Shown here: in pieces, positions 16,644-25,111 of the stretch
Layout of the letters: every line of letters begins with the position of its first letter
Numbering within the stretch: the first letter of the stretch is position 1
NCBI GenBank assembly: GCA_951812855.1
Contig: OX638337.1
Span: forward strand, 1,350,001-1,382,000
Direction: 5' to 3'
Source of the DNA: an uncultured Lentisphaeria bacterium
GTDB taxonomy: Bacteria; Verrucomicrobiota; Lentisphaeria; JABSQK01; JAJFLO01
Length of the DNA: 32,000 nt
The notes under the pieces: generated by a model
Told to the model about the DNA's origin: nothing
Databases searched by the model: none
What the model saw: the letters and a program-made list of their open reading frames with translations, nothing else
Translations under genes and position numbers: made by a program

Positions 16644-18044
16644 TTAATTTGATTCAGTGAATTGCCGGGCAGTTAAATCCATGTGTATTACAATGGCTCT
16701 TGACTGTCGTAAAAGCATTGCATGTATCAGTAAAATGGGAATCGCCAGTACAAGACCGACCTGTGTCGTAATCAATGCCTCAGAAATGCCTTGCGATAAC
16801 ATTCCGGAATTACTTGTGCCATAGAGGGTAATTATCTGAAATGTTTTGATCATACCGCTGACAGTTCCCAATAAACCCAGCAAGGGGCAAATGGCAGCAA
16901 ATACGGCCAGGGTTGATAATGAACGTTCCAGTTTAGGAAGTTGGGCCATTATCAGATGCTGTAGTGCTGCATCAATATCACCGGATGATTTTTTAAAAAT
17001 TTCCAATCCCTTTAACCAGAATTTTTTGCCGGGTCCCCAATGTGACATGGCAATCTCATGAGCACTGTCAAAATCTCTTTCGTTTATCAACGTAATTATT
17101 TTTTTATACAAATTTTTAAAACTTAATCTGAACAAAACAAAATAAATAACTCTCTCGATCATCATAAGTACTGCGATAATACCAATGACAGCCAGGGGAA
17201 TCATGACTGTACCACCTGCCTGAAAAAATTCTTTCCAATCTCTTTTTACTCTTAATTGCTGTAGTGCCATTCCATTAGAAACATCCAGGTGTACGGGTAA
17301 ATAATCTGTGTTATCAGAATTAACAGATGCTAATAATTGTCTTTGCGATCGGTTCATGCCTGATTTTTGAGTTCGTACTTGTGGCGATTCCGGGTGAAAG
17401 TATATGATTCCAGATTCTTTCTTTGTCCAATAACTGCCCCCCATGAGACCGACAAACAACGCATCTGCAGTAAACTTTTCACCTGATTCACTGTATAATT
17501 CATAAGATCCGTAACCGAGTGAACATGCCTTTTGGATAAAGTCCCAATAAAATGAATTTGTGGTATCAAAGAGTTTGTTTAAGTCTTTACTGTTCTTATC
17601 GAAATTTGTAATCAGATTCAGAACCTGATTGTCTTTTGGAAATGCCATTGAATACAACTCTCTGAATTCTTTAAGATTAAACTGAATGGTATCGCCAATT
17701 TGTTTGAGCTGATGATTGTGTTTACGCTTGTCAATTTGCAGTTTATGAATTTTTTCTTCTAATGAAATCGTTTCAGATTCAAGTGTGACTGCATCTCGGT
17801 TTAAGGAATCCCGCTGGTGGCGGATAGATTTAGATTCAGCCCTGAGTTTTCTGCGTTGGTCACTGATATTTAACTGTACAGACTCCAGCTTATCTCTGGC
17901 GGTATTCAATTCCCGGTTTATGGCATCAATAACATCACTGTCCGAGTTTATTTCAGCACTCATGCCCGAAGTGACAGCATACGTAATGCACGCGATAATC
18001 AGCGATTTTCTTCTTATATTTTTTGATAGTCTGATCATGTTCAT
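16644..18044 (-). CDS. Long MotA/TolQ/ExbB-family protein with an N-terminal coiled-coil periplasmic domain (TtpC-like)
   Basis: 466 aa. The N-terminal ~270 aa is exported and coiled-coil. The C-terminus has the ExbB core ..LGLLGTVSGMIKTF...ISEALITTQVGLVLAIPILL. It has a 4-nt ATGA overlap with the upstream DUF3450 gene. The gene order matches the Vibrio TonB2 system (TtpB-TtpC-ExbB2-ExbD2-TonB2-TtpD). Confidence 0.8.
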   Translation of the reverse strand: MNMIRLSKNIRRKSLIIACITYAVTSGMSAEINSDSDVIDAINRELNTARDKLESVQLNISDQRRKLRAESKSIRHQRDSLNRDAVTLESETISLEEKIHKLQIDKRKHNHQLKQIGDTIQFNLKEFRELYSMAFPKDNQVLNLITNFDKNSKDLNKLFDTTNSFYWDFIQKACSLGYGSYELYSESGEKFTADALFVGLMGGSYWTKKESGIIYFHPESPQVRTQKSGMNRSQRQLLASVNSDNTDYLPVHLDVSNGMALQQLRVKRDWKEFFQAGGTVMIPLAVIGIIAVLMMIERVIYFVLFRLSFKNLYKKIITLINERDFDSAHEIAMSHWGPGKKFWLKGLEIFKKSSGDIDAALQHLIMAQLPKLERSLSTLAVFAAICPLLGLLGTVSGMIKTFQIITLYGTSNSGMLSQGISEALITTQVGLVLAIPILLIHAMLLRQSRAIVIHMDLTARQFTESN

Positions 18045-18835
18045 TTAAACTCAATGATATTTTTTGACGGTACTGGAATGGTTACCAATTTTGTATTCGT
18101 TTCCTTATTTATTATTCTTACGATTTCCAGGATCTGGCGATTCATTTCAGTACTTAACAGGGTCCATTTTTCGTTGTCTTGAGTATTGGTCCTTACGCCA
18201 CCTAACCGGGCATCAGGGGTAACAAAATATTCAAGTACACCGCCAAGTCTGATGATATTGGTTCCATATGATTTTCCGTTAATATCAATTTCTTTGAAGT
18301 CTATGTGAGCTTTTACGGCATCAATTGACAATGTCTGGATGAGGTTCAGAAATTGACCCACTCTTGATGTGATTTCCTGTTCATCCGTCATGATATTTTT
18401 GACTATAGTCAGGTGTTCGTCGGTTATTAGGAATGGGTAATCTTTTGATAGAGAATCAATGATATTTTGACATTCATCATTAATCCATTGACTGATTTTA
18501 GTAAGTTCGTTGTTAAGTGTTGTATTTTCTTCAGTCAAAATTTTTAATTCTTGATTCAATTCTTCGATTGAACCGTTAGAATCTGTAATTGATTGATTGA
18601 GCGTTTCAATTTTTTTGTTATCCAGATTCATGATCAGTTCAAGTTGGGCTTTTTCATCTTTCCATTCATTGATCAGGGTATATTTCGCTTTTCTTAATTC
18701 TCTTAATTCTTTAAGTAATTGGGAAATTTCCTGTTTTTTATTGATGGGGTTAATATCATTCGCCGGCACGTGTAAACAGGAAATAATGGCGATGAAAATT
18801 ATAAATCGATTCAATATCAATATGTTCATATTCAT
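18041..18835 (-). CDS. DUF3450-family coiled-coil periplasmic protein (TtpB-like)
   Basis: 264 aa with a signal peptide and a long coiled coil. It then reads ..DYPFLITDE...SRVGQFLNLIQ...INGKSYGTNIIRLGGVLEYFVTPDARLGGV...WTLL, as I recall for DUF3450. It is the first conserved gene of TonB2-type clusters. Confidence 0.75.
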   Translation of the reverse strand: MNMNILILNRFIIFIAIISCLHVPANDINPINKKQEISQLLKELRELRKAKYTLINEWKDEKAQLELIMNLDNKKIETLNQSITDSNGSIEELNQELKILTEENTTLNNELTKISQWINDECQNIIDSLSKDYPFLITDEHLTIVKNIMTDEQEITSRVGQFLNLIQTLSIDAVKAHIDFKEIDINGKSYGTNIIRLGGVLEYFVTPDARLGGVRTNTQDNEKWTLLSTEMNRQILEIVRIINKETNTKLVTIPVPSKNIIEFK

Positions 18836-18844
18836 GTTATTTGA

Positions 18845-19210
18845 TTAATTTTTTAAGTAGTTTAGGTTTTCGCTTTTATTTTCTGGTACGTCATTAACAA
18901 CAAGTGTTTGAAGTCTGTTATTATTATTTGCGGCTAATAGGCCTATTCCGTTGTTGCCTGCATTAATTAATGTTAAGTCTTTAACATTACCCGGAACATA
19001 TAGGCCGCTTTCTTCCAGACTGCCAACCTGGAATTTTCCATCACCTAAACCAATTGAAACCATACCAATTCCCGGATCATAACGTGCGGTTTCCGGCTCA
19101 GCACCAAATAGATTCCCGGCCGTAATCAGATCAAGTAGGTCTAATAGTGTTAATAGTAGATAACCGAACTTCAAATGGCAGTTTATAAAGCTTAAATTGT
19201 CCAGAACCAT
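18845..19210 (-). CDS. Hypothetical ORF, probably the 3' remnant of a gene truncated at the mobile-element junction
   Basis: 121-aa ORF ending 9 nt upstream of the DUF3450 gene. Its ATG sits 1-2 nt from the intron-fragment boundary, and the reading frame stays open into the ribozyme sequence. There is no convincing signal peptide or known motif. Confidence 0.3.
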   Translation of the reverse strand: MVLDNLSFINCHLKFGYLLLTLLDLLDLITAGNLFGAEPETARYDPGIGMVSIGLGDGKFQVGSLEESGLYVPGNVKDLTLINAGNNGIGLLAANNNNRLQTLVVNDVPENKSENLNYLKN

Positions 19211-19211
19211 T

Positions 19212-19609
19212 GTGTACGCCCGGCATGGGTGCGAACGAATGGGATTAAAGCCCCCTGTACGGGAACTGTATTATGTTAACTGAATGTAATAAAAGTACCC
19301 GCCAATGTCAACTGCGAAATCCGCAGGGATTCACAGGAAAGAAGATTAATGGCAAAATTGTGAGTCTGCGAACAGAAACATCATATAAAGCCGCCTCTGC
19401 GGATCAGCTGGGACAACACAGCAGAGTCCATGGTTTAGCAGAGAAGGTAAATGATGAGGCTGTGCAATTAGAGTCTACGTTCTTATTCGGGGAGTTCTCC
19501 ATTATATTGCACTCAATACCCGTTGAGTGCGTTTCCGGTGGTAATTGGAAATGATGTTCCAGGAGTCAGCACAGGGCATAGCACCGCACGGGTCAGTGCG
19601 GAAAGCCTG
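19212..19609 (+). mobile_element. Group II (class C-like) intron ribozyme fragment: domains I-III only, with no IEP ORF, domain V or domain VI
   Basis: GTGTACGCCCGGCATGGGTGCGAACGAATGGGATTAAAGCCCCCTGTACGGGAACTG parallels the 5' end of the Oceanobacillus iheyensis group IIC intron as I recall it (GUGUGCCCGGCAUGGGUGCAGUCUAUAGGGUGAGAGUCCCGAACUG). TTCGGGGAG (19486-19494) and CAGGAGTCAGCACAGGGCATAGCACCGCACGGGTCAGTGCGGAAAGCCTGAAC (from ~19560) parallel ..CCCGGGGAGG.. and ..AGAAGUCAGCAGAAGUCAUAGUACCCUGUUCGCAGGGGAAGGACGGAAC (J2/3 plus domain III). The 5' boundary is uncertain by about 3 nt. Confidence 0.7.
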
Positions 19610-19860
19610 AACCTGTCAGGTGTACTTTCAGCACAATGCCACGGCTTACGTACCCAGGAAAGAAATGCACAGTGAGGTTGCACAGGATATTCGGGATACC
19701 TTCAATGCCCCCTCGATAGAGGAAGCTGAGCGATTACTCGAAATCAGTATCGGAAAATAGGAACAAAAAGGATCAAAACCGGCAGCCGGGATGCACGATA
19801 ATATTCGGGACGGCTTTTCTGTATATCAGTTTATCAGTTGCTTTGCCTGGCAGAGATATA
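19610..19860 (+). pseudogene. IS256-family (Mutator-type) transposase internal fragment with an in-frame stop
   Basis: The translation is TCQVYFQHNATAYVPRKEMHSEVAQDIRDTFNAPSIEEAERLLEISIGK*EQKGSKPAAGMHDNIRDGFSVYQFISCFAWQRYN. It follows the IS256 pattern ..RCQVHFxRN..YVPxK....VAxDIRxIFNAP..EEAxxLL......KY..KAPKLAxWMExNIPEGxTVFxFP..HWRR.. Both the N-terminal ~250 aa and the C-terminal ~80 aa are missing. Confidence 0.75.
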
Positions 19861-19874
19861 ATTGATTAATAATC

Positions 19875-20498
19875 TTACTTCCCTGTTATCCATTCAGCTT
19901 CGTACCAGGAAATGCCGTAATGTACCCTTATATTTATACCATAAGTCTTTTTAGCAAATGCTTCCAATTCTTTGAAAGCCCAAAGCATGGTATGGTATGA
20001 TTCATCTTCAGCAACTTCAATAATGCCGCCCCTTTTTTCTAAATGTGCAATCTGAAGCAGAAAAGCGACACGTTGAAGAACCATAAGAAACAGGATGTAT
20101 GTCGATGGTAATTTGCTGATTTCAACTAATAAACTTGAATTCCGACAGCCAATGAAATTGACAGATTTATCCGGAACTTCAATATGTTTTACCGTTTCAA
20201 TAAAATTGAAAATGCTTAATGGATGTATCGATATTTTAAACGCATCTTCGTCATATTTGGTTTGCCAATTCGGAATCCTGTCACTATGTTCGTTTGAAAA
20301 GTCAACAAGCTTACATTTTCCAACAAACGGTTTTACAAACAATGTAAATAATGCATTGCCTATATTGTCACCGTTGATTTTTTCAGTCAGATTATCCAGT
20401 TTTGTAATTATCTCGTCTTTTTGATCGGGTTTGTTAATATAAGATTGCGACAATTTTTGATATTGTTTCCAACTGCTTACTAATGTTCTTTTACCCAT
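19875..20498 (-). CDS. Hypothetical protein (207 aa), no recognisable family
   Basis: Clean ORF with no signal peptide. It has one hydrophobic stretch (STYILFLMVLQRVAFLLQIAHL) and a Trp/Tyr-rich C-terminus (HYGISWYEAEWITGK). It lies 236 nt downstream of the TpsA-like gene on the same strand. Confidence 0.55.
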   Translation of the reverse strand: MGKRTLVSSWKQYQKLSQSYINKPDQKDEIITKLDNLTEKINGDNIGNALFTLFVKPFVGKCKLVDFSNEHSDRIPNWQTKYDEDAFKISIHPLSIFNFIETVKHIEVPDKSVNFIGCRNSSLLVEISKLPSTYILFLMVLQRVAFLLQIAHLEKRGGIIEVAEDESYHTMLWAFKELEAFAKKTYGINIRVHYGISWYEAEWITGK

Positions 20499-20734
20499 AT
20501 TTTACTCGTTAGTTTTCATCAAGTTTAATTAATCCCTTCCGAAACTGTTTCAGGACAACTTAAATGTATGTCTATTCCTTTAGTCCTCATAGTAGAGATT
20601 AACCTAAGTGGTTCATGCTGAATTTTCAATTGCAAACCCACAGTTGAAGTCAATTTGATTTATTCATCAATTACTTTATGCAATAATATAAACATTTAGA
20701 ACGTGTCTGATATAAATAAATTGTATTGTTTAAT

Positions 20735-23700
20735 TTACCTATAGGGCAGATAGGATGCAGGATTTTTTGGAATGCTTATTATATTTGACAGAGTAAGCGT
20801 ACTCAACGGGCTGTCTTTTTTTACGTCACATCGTTCATATAGAAGGTCTTTGGATAATGGCAATTTGGTGGTAAACATCGATAGGTTTGTCAGGTTTTGA
20901 TTTTCCGGGACAGAGATGTTAAGAGAACCTGCCAAACCGAATCGTGACGAAGCGTCAAGGATACTGTTTTTTGATTGTAAAAACACATTTGTCTGAATGG
21001 AAATATTACCGCCGGATCCCTGAATTGCTTTTGCAATCAGTGTACTATTATTTAAAATGACAATCTCTGGATCAATCGTTATATTCCCTCCATTAAGACT
21101 GGCTTCAGAGGTAATGCTACTGTTTGTCAATTTTAACATTTTTGAAACCATTATATTTACATTTCCACCATCAGACAGCCTTGAAATCGAGTTAATATCA
21201 CTGTTGTCCAAGAATAGGTTTTCAGTTGCATAAAGATTAATTGTTCCACCTGCGCCTATTCCAAAATTCAAACTTTGAATTGATGAATTCTCAGTTATCG
21301 CAATACTGCGGGTATTTAATGTAATATCACCGCTCTTTCCTATACCAAGACTTGTCGAATTTATTGCACCTCCGTTTTCTAATACGAAAACGGGGCTGTT
21401 AATTATTATATCTCCACCGGCATTATGATCTGCATCTGCTGAAATAAAACTGTTATTAAGATGAATTTCATTTACAGCATTAACGATAATGTTACCGGCT
21501 TTACCGGTTCCAAAATTTGAGTTATCGATTAAGGATTCATTACGAATTATCATAGATCCGGTCCGAATAGTCATAGAACCTGCATTTCCATCTCCTTCAG
21601 CAGATGTTGAAATGACTCCCCGATTCATTGTAAGAGCAGTTAACGCGTCAATCTGTATTGAACCCCCGTTTCCAGTCGATGAGCTATCGTGATTCTGAGC
21701 AAAAACGCCGGTGTCAAATAATCCATGATTTTTCTGAATATTTATAGTATTTGCCGATATAATAACAGTCCCTGAATTACCCTGCCCCCAACTGTTAACT
21801 GTAACAGCAGCAGCATCTGAAATTAAAAGATCATTTGATATTATGGTAATTTGGCCGCCGGTACCGGCATTTATCTCTCCCTGAGTCTCGGCAGAAATAC
21901 CGGTAAATTTTATGGATTGGTCTCCGATTATACGAATGGTATCAGAGTGAATATCGATATTCCCCCCATCGCCGTTACCTGTAGATGATGCATTAATTTC
22001 ACCCCTGAAAATATCAATTGATCGAGAGAAAATAGATATATTTCCTGCAGTCCCGCCTTGTGTGTCATGATTTGTTAATGAAATTATACCTGTTGGCTTA
22101 TTTGACATATGAATATCTTCGATAACAATAGTATCACTCTCTATATCAATGGATCCGGCATTTGCCTGATTAAACGTGGATGTTGAAATGATCGAACCAT
22201 CAGAAATTTTCAAAGACTCGGTGTCAATTGAAATCTGACCGCCATGTGTATCCTTTTTTTGCGAGTGGGATGTTGATAAAATGCCGGAATTAAACAATGC
22301 CGTCAGATTCGACAACAAAAGTTCTCTTGCGGTGATTTTGATTGATCCACCATTGTTATTACTATAAGAAGAATTGTCAATCAGTGCACCGTTTCTAATT
22401 TCTAATGAACGAGTGTTTATGGATATTGTTCCTGACCGGCCGTCAGTATCAAATTCAGATTGAGCAAATATTCCTGTCAAGAGTAAAGAATTATTACGGG
22501 CCAGATAAATTTGGCTTGCATCAATAAAAATATTGCCTGCATTTCCGTTCCCTTGTGACGCTGCATTTATTTCTCCGCCATTAAGAACATTCAGATTTTT
22601 CGATACCAGTTTAATATTGCCGCCGGCACCCACATTAGTAAGTGATGTCGTCAATGTAAAGATTCCCGTTGAAAAATCATGATCGTTACCATCTATGGAT
22701 AAATTTTCTGTTGTGACATCGATATGGCCTCCGGTTTTGATACCCTGAGTTGTGGTGCTGATGACTGCTCCATTGGTAATATCAATATTTTCAGTTTGAA
22801 TTATTATACCAAACCCCAATGCATTCTGGTGGTTTTCTGTCGAGATACCCGTGAAATATTCTGTCCTGCTGCCGTCGATTGTGATAGAGTCAGAATTAAG
22901 CAGTATTTCACCACCGGCTGAATTGTCTAAAGAAAATGCTGCCAATTGTGAACCAGTATGAATTACTATTTCTTTCGCATTAACAATCAGGTGATTTGAT
23001 TTTGATTCATGGGTGGAAATTGATTGAATTAAGCTGCCGTTTAAGTCTAAATTTCCTGTCAGGCTGATCAATAATTCGGCGTTTCCCGATGCTGAATTCA
23101 GAGAAATTTCTGAATTGTAAATCAATAAATCATGACCTGTTACCTGGAATATTCCATCATTTACCAACACGATGGAATGATTGTTGATTTCAATATTACT
23201 CGTCGAAATGTCATCTATTTGATTAATAACACCAAATTTTTGGGTGGATTGGATTAAAACCCTGCTCATCGGTTCACTGCCTATGATTCTGAAATTCCCG
23301 TTATCAATGTCTGTTCTTCCTTCTGACAATTGAATTTGATTAGCCAACAGTGAAATTGATTTGTTCTCAGGGACAGAAAATGTGGATTCTTGAATCTTGA
23401 TCAAGGATGAATTACCGTCAAGAAATTCAAATGAGGACGGTGCGTCCCCTGTTAATGAACTGATATTTTGTGGATTCATGTCAAATCGTCCTTTATCTCC
23501 TAATGACAATCGGTCTGCAGTGCTGATATGCAATGATCCCAAAATATTCACCCGGGAACCGGGACCCCATATCAAACCATTCGGATTCATAAGGAATAGG
23601 TCGGCACCGCTGATTGTTGATCGTACGGTTCCGTCAATAAGAGAAGGATGTGCGTCAGTGATTCTTGAAATGACATTATCAATTCCTGGTGGGCCGGAAA

Positions 23701-23929
23701 AAATAGCGAATTCAGTACTTGCTAAATTGAATTTACTGAAACTGTGAAAGAGGTTATTGCCTATTTTTAATCCCTGATTAGCAGTTATTTGGTAATTGGG
23801 ACCGGTCAATGGAATTTGTGGGCGCAGCGATGGGTCTAAAACAACCTGGCTTTTGGCTGAAATGATATAAATCAAAAATGCTGCAATGTTCAAATATTTT
23901 AAATTGTTCTGAAAATTCACAGAGTGCAT
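20735..23929 (-). CDS. TpsA-type exoprotein: filamentous-haemagglutinin N-terminal (TPS) domain plus a long right-handed beta-helix repeat region
   Basis: 1064 aa. The TPS domain carries ..GNNLFHSFSKFNL...AIFSGPPGIDNVISRITDAHPSLIDG...ADLFLMNPNGLIWGPGSRVNILGSLHISTA (NPNG motif). This is followed by many ~20-25-aa repeats of the type ..GGxIxI.....I.......S.G.GNAGxIxI.. The C-terminus ..ERCDVKKDSPLSTLTLSNIISIPKNPASYL resembles the tail of cyanobacterial-type TPS proteins. Confidence 0.85.
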   Translation of the reverse strand: MHSVNFQNNLKYLNIAAFLIYIISAKSQVVLDPSLRPQIPLTGPNYQITANQGLKIGNNLFHSFSKFNLASTEFAIFSGPPGIDNVISRITDAHPSLIDGTVRSTISGADLFLMNPNGLIWGPGSRVNILGSLHISTADRLSLGDKGRFDMNPQNISSLTGDAPSSFEFLDGNSSLIKIQESTFSVPENKSISLLANQIQLSEGRTDIDNGNFRIIGSEPMSRVLIQSTQKFGVINQIDDISTSNIEINNHSIVLVNDGIFQVTGHDLLIYNSEISLNSASGNAELLISLTGNLDLNGSLIQSISTHESKSNHLIVNAKEIVIHTGSQLAAFSLDNSAGGEILLNSDSITIDGSRTEYFTGISTENHQNALGFGIIIQTENIDITNGAVISTTTQGIKTGGHIDVTTENLSIDGNDHDFSTGIFTLTTSLTNVGAGGNIKLVSKNLNVLNGGEINAASQGNGNAGNIFIDASQIYLARNNSLLLTGIFAQSEFDTDGRSGTISINTRSLEIRNGALIDNSSYSNNNGGSIKITARELLLSNLTALFNSGILSTSHSQKKDTHGGQISIDTESLKISDGSIISTSTFNQANAGSIDIESDTIVIEDIHMSNKPTGIISLTNHDTQGGTAGNISIFSRSIDIFRGEINASSTGNGDGGNIDIHSDTIRIIGDQSIKFTGISAETQGEINAGTGGQITIISNDLLISDAAAVTVNSWGQGNSGTVIISANTINIQKNHGLFDTGVFAQNHDSSSTGNGGSIQIDALTALTMNRGVISTSAEGDGNAGSMTIRTGSMIIRNESLIDNSNFGTGKAGNIIVNAVNEIHLNNSFISADADHNAGGDIIINSPVFVLENGGAINSTSLGIGKSGDITLNTRSIAITENSSIQSLNFGIGAGGTINLYATENLFLDNSDINSISRLSDGGNVNIMVSKMLKLTNSSITSEASLNGGNITIDPEIVILNNSTLIAKAIQGSGGNISIQTNVFLQSKNSILDASSRFGLAGSLNISVPENQNLTNLSMFTTKLPLSKDLLYERCDVKKDSPLSTLTLSNIISIPKNPASYLPYR

Positions 23930-24227
23930 AAAAAAATATACGTGTCAAATCAGTCTGTGACAATCTGAAATCAACCTGGGTTTTAACCCGTTCTTTGACA
24001 GGGATGGACTGTTGAGTTACGGAGGCGCCGACGTCGCATTGACAATAACTGTACAGGCTGCAGTGAAGGATTTTGTGACTGTCCAGAGACTTAACATCGT
24101 TGTCATTTAACGCTTAGGAATCACAGAATTATTTATCCAGAAATATATGTCCTGTTTTACATTATGAATAAATCAGGTTAGGCGTATTGAGTCAAGCCGT
24201 TCGTAAGTTAAACGTTTTGGTCTGATA

Positions 24228-24935
24228 TTAATTGGTAATGATAGTTGAATTATCGGTAATTCCATCAATAACATCGATGAGGCTGGAGGGGTCACTAAAA
24301 TCAAATACGATAATCGGCATCAAATTATCCATACACATTGAAAATGCAGTCGAATCCATAACTTGCAGACGCTTTTCCAATGCCTCTTGAAAGCTGATTT
24401 TTTCATAACGCTTTGCTGTTGGATCAATTTTAGGATCCGCGGTATAAACGCCATCTACTTTTGTAGCTTTTAAAATAACTTCTGCATTGATTTCATTTGC
24501 CCTTAATGCGGCGGTTGTATCTGTTGTGAAGAATGGATTCCCGGTTCCTGCTGCAAAAATAATAACTCTTCCCTTTTCCAGGTGACGAATAGCTCGTCTG
24601 CGGATATACGGTTCTGCAATTTGCCTCATTTCAATTGCAGTTTGAACCCGTGTTTCAACATTATTTGCTTCCAGGGCGTCTTGTAAGGCCAAAGCATTTA
24701 TTACCGTTGCCAGCATGCCCATATAATCAGCAGTTGTCCGGTCCATACCCTTGCGGCTTGCTGAAAGACCCCGAAAAATATTTCCGCCTCCAATGACAAT
24801 AGAGACTTCAATTTTCTTTTCGACTATTTCTTTAATTTGTTTTGCAATTTGACCGGTTCTGTCGGGGGCGACTCCTGATGTTGACGGTCCCTTCAAAGCT
24901 TCACCGCTGAATTTAATTAGGATACGTTTATACAT
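24228..24935 (-). CDS. pyrH: UMP kinase
   Basis: [16 protein letters not shown]...[11 protein letters not shown]...[20 protein letters not shown]...[19 protein letters not shown]..., full length at 235 aa. It follows tsf as in the conserved rpsB-tsf-pyrH arrangement. Confidence 0.95.
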   Translation of the reverse strand: MYKRILIKFSGEALKGPSTSGVAPDRTGQIAKQIKEIVEKKIEVSIVIGGGNIFRGLSASRKGMDRTTADYMGMLATVINALALQDALEANNVETRVQTAIEMRQIAEPYIRRRAIRHLEKGRVIIFAAGTGNPFFTTDTTAALRANEINAEVILKATKVDGVYTADPKIDPTAKRYEKISFQEALEKRLQVMDSTAFSMCMDNLMPIIVFDFSDPSSLIDVIDGITDNSTIITN

Positions 24936-25065
24936 TGAGCTGAAAATACCTCCGATAAATAGTTCTTTATTTTCGCGTTCTGTAAGATTTGTTTAAGGGT
25001 TATATATAAAACTGGAATTTTTCAATAAAAATTAACTCTCTGAACACAGACTATTGCAACACCAT

Positions 25066-25094
25066 AAAAAAAGCCACCCCGTTAAGGATGGCTT
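25066..25094 (-). terminator. Rho-independent terminator downstream of tsf
   Basis: The minus strand reads AAGCCATCC-TTAACG-GGGTGGCTT followed by TTTTTTT. The stem is 9 bp including one G-U pair. It lies 18 nt after the tsf stop codon. Confidence 0.8.
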
Positions 25095-25111
25095 ATATTA
25101 CACCTGAAAAT

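Noticed and set aside
19273-19554. 93-aa plus-strand ORF (MLTECNKSTRQCQLRNPQGF...)
   Set aside because: It lies entirely inside the sequence that aligns with group II intron domains I-II. It has no protein-like features and is best explained as a chance ORF in a structured RNA.
19875-23929. Contact-dependent inhibition (CdiA toxin + CdiI immunity) reading of the TpsA gene plus the downstream 207-aa gene
   Set aside because: There is no CdiB/TpsB gene, and no VENN or other pre-toxin demarcation or toxin-like C-terminal domain. The tail resembles generic cyanobacterial-type TPS proteins. A 236-nt gap also separates the two genes.
23778-23963. 61-aa minus-strand ORF overlapping the start of the TpsA gene
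   Set aside because: It is an alternative-frame overlap with the well-supported TpsA N-terminus and has no independent support.
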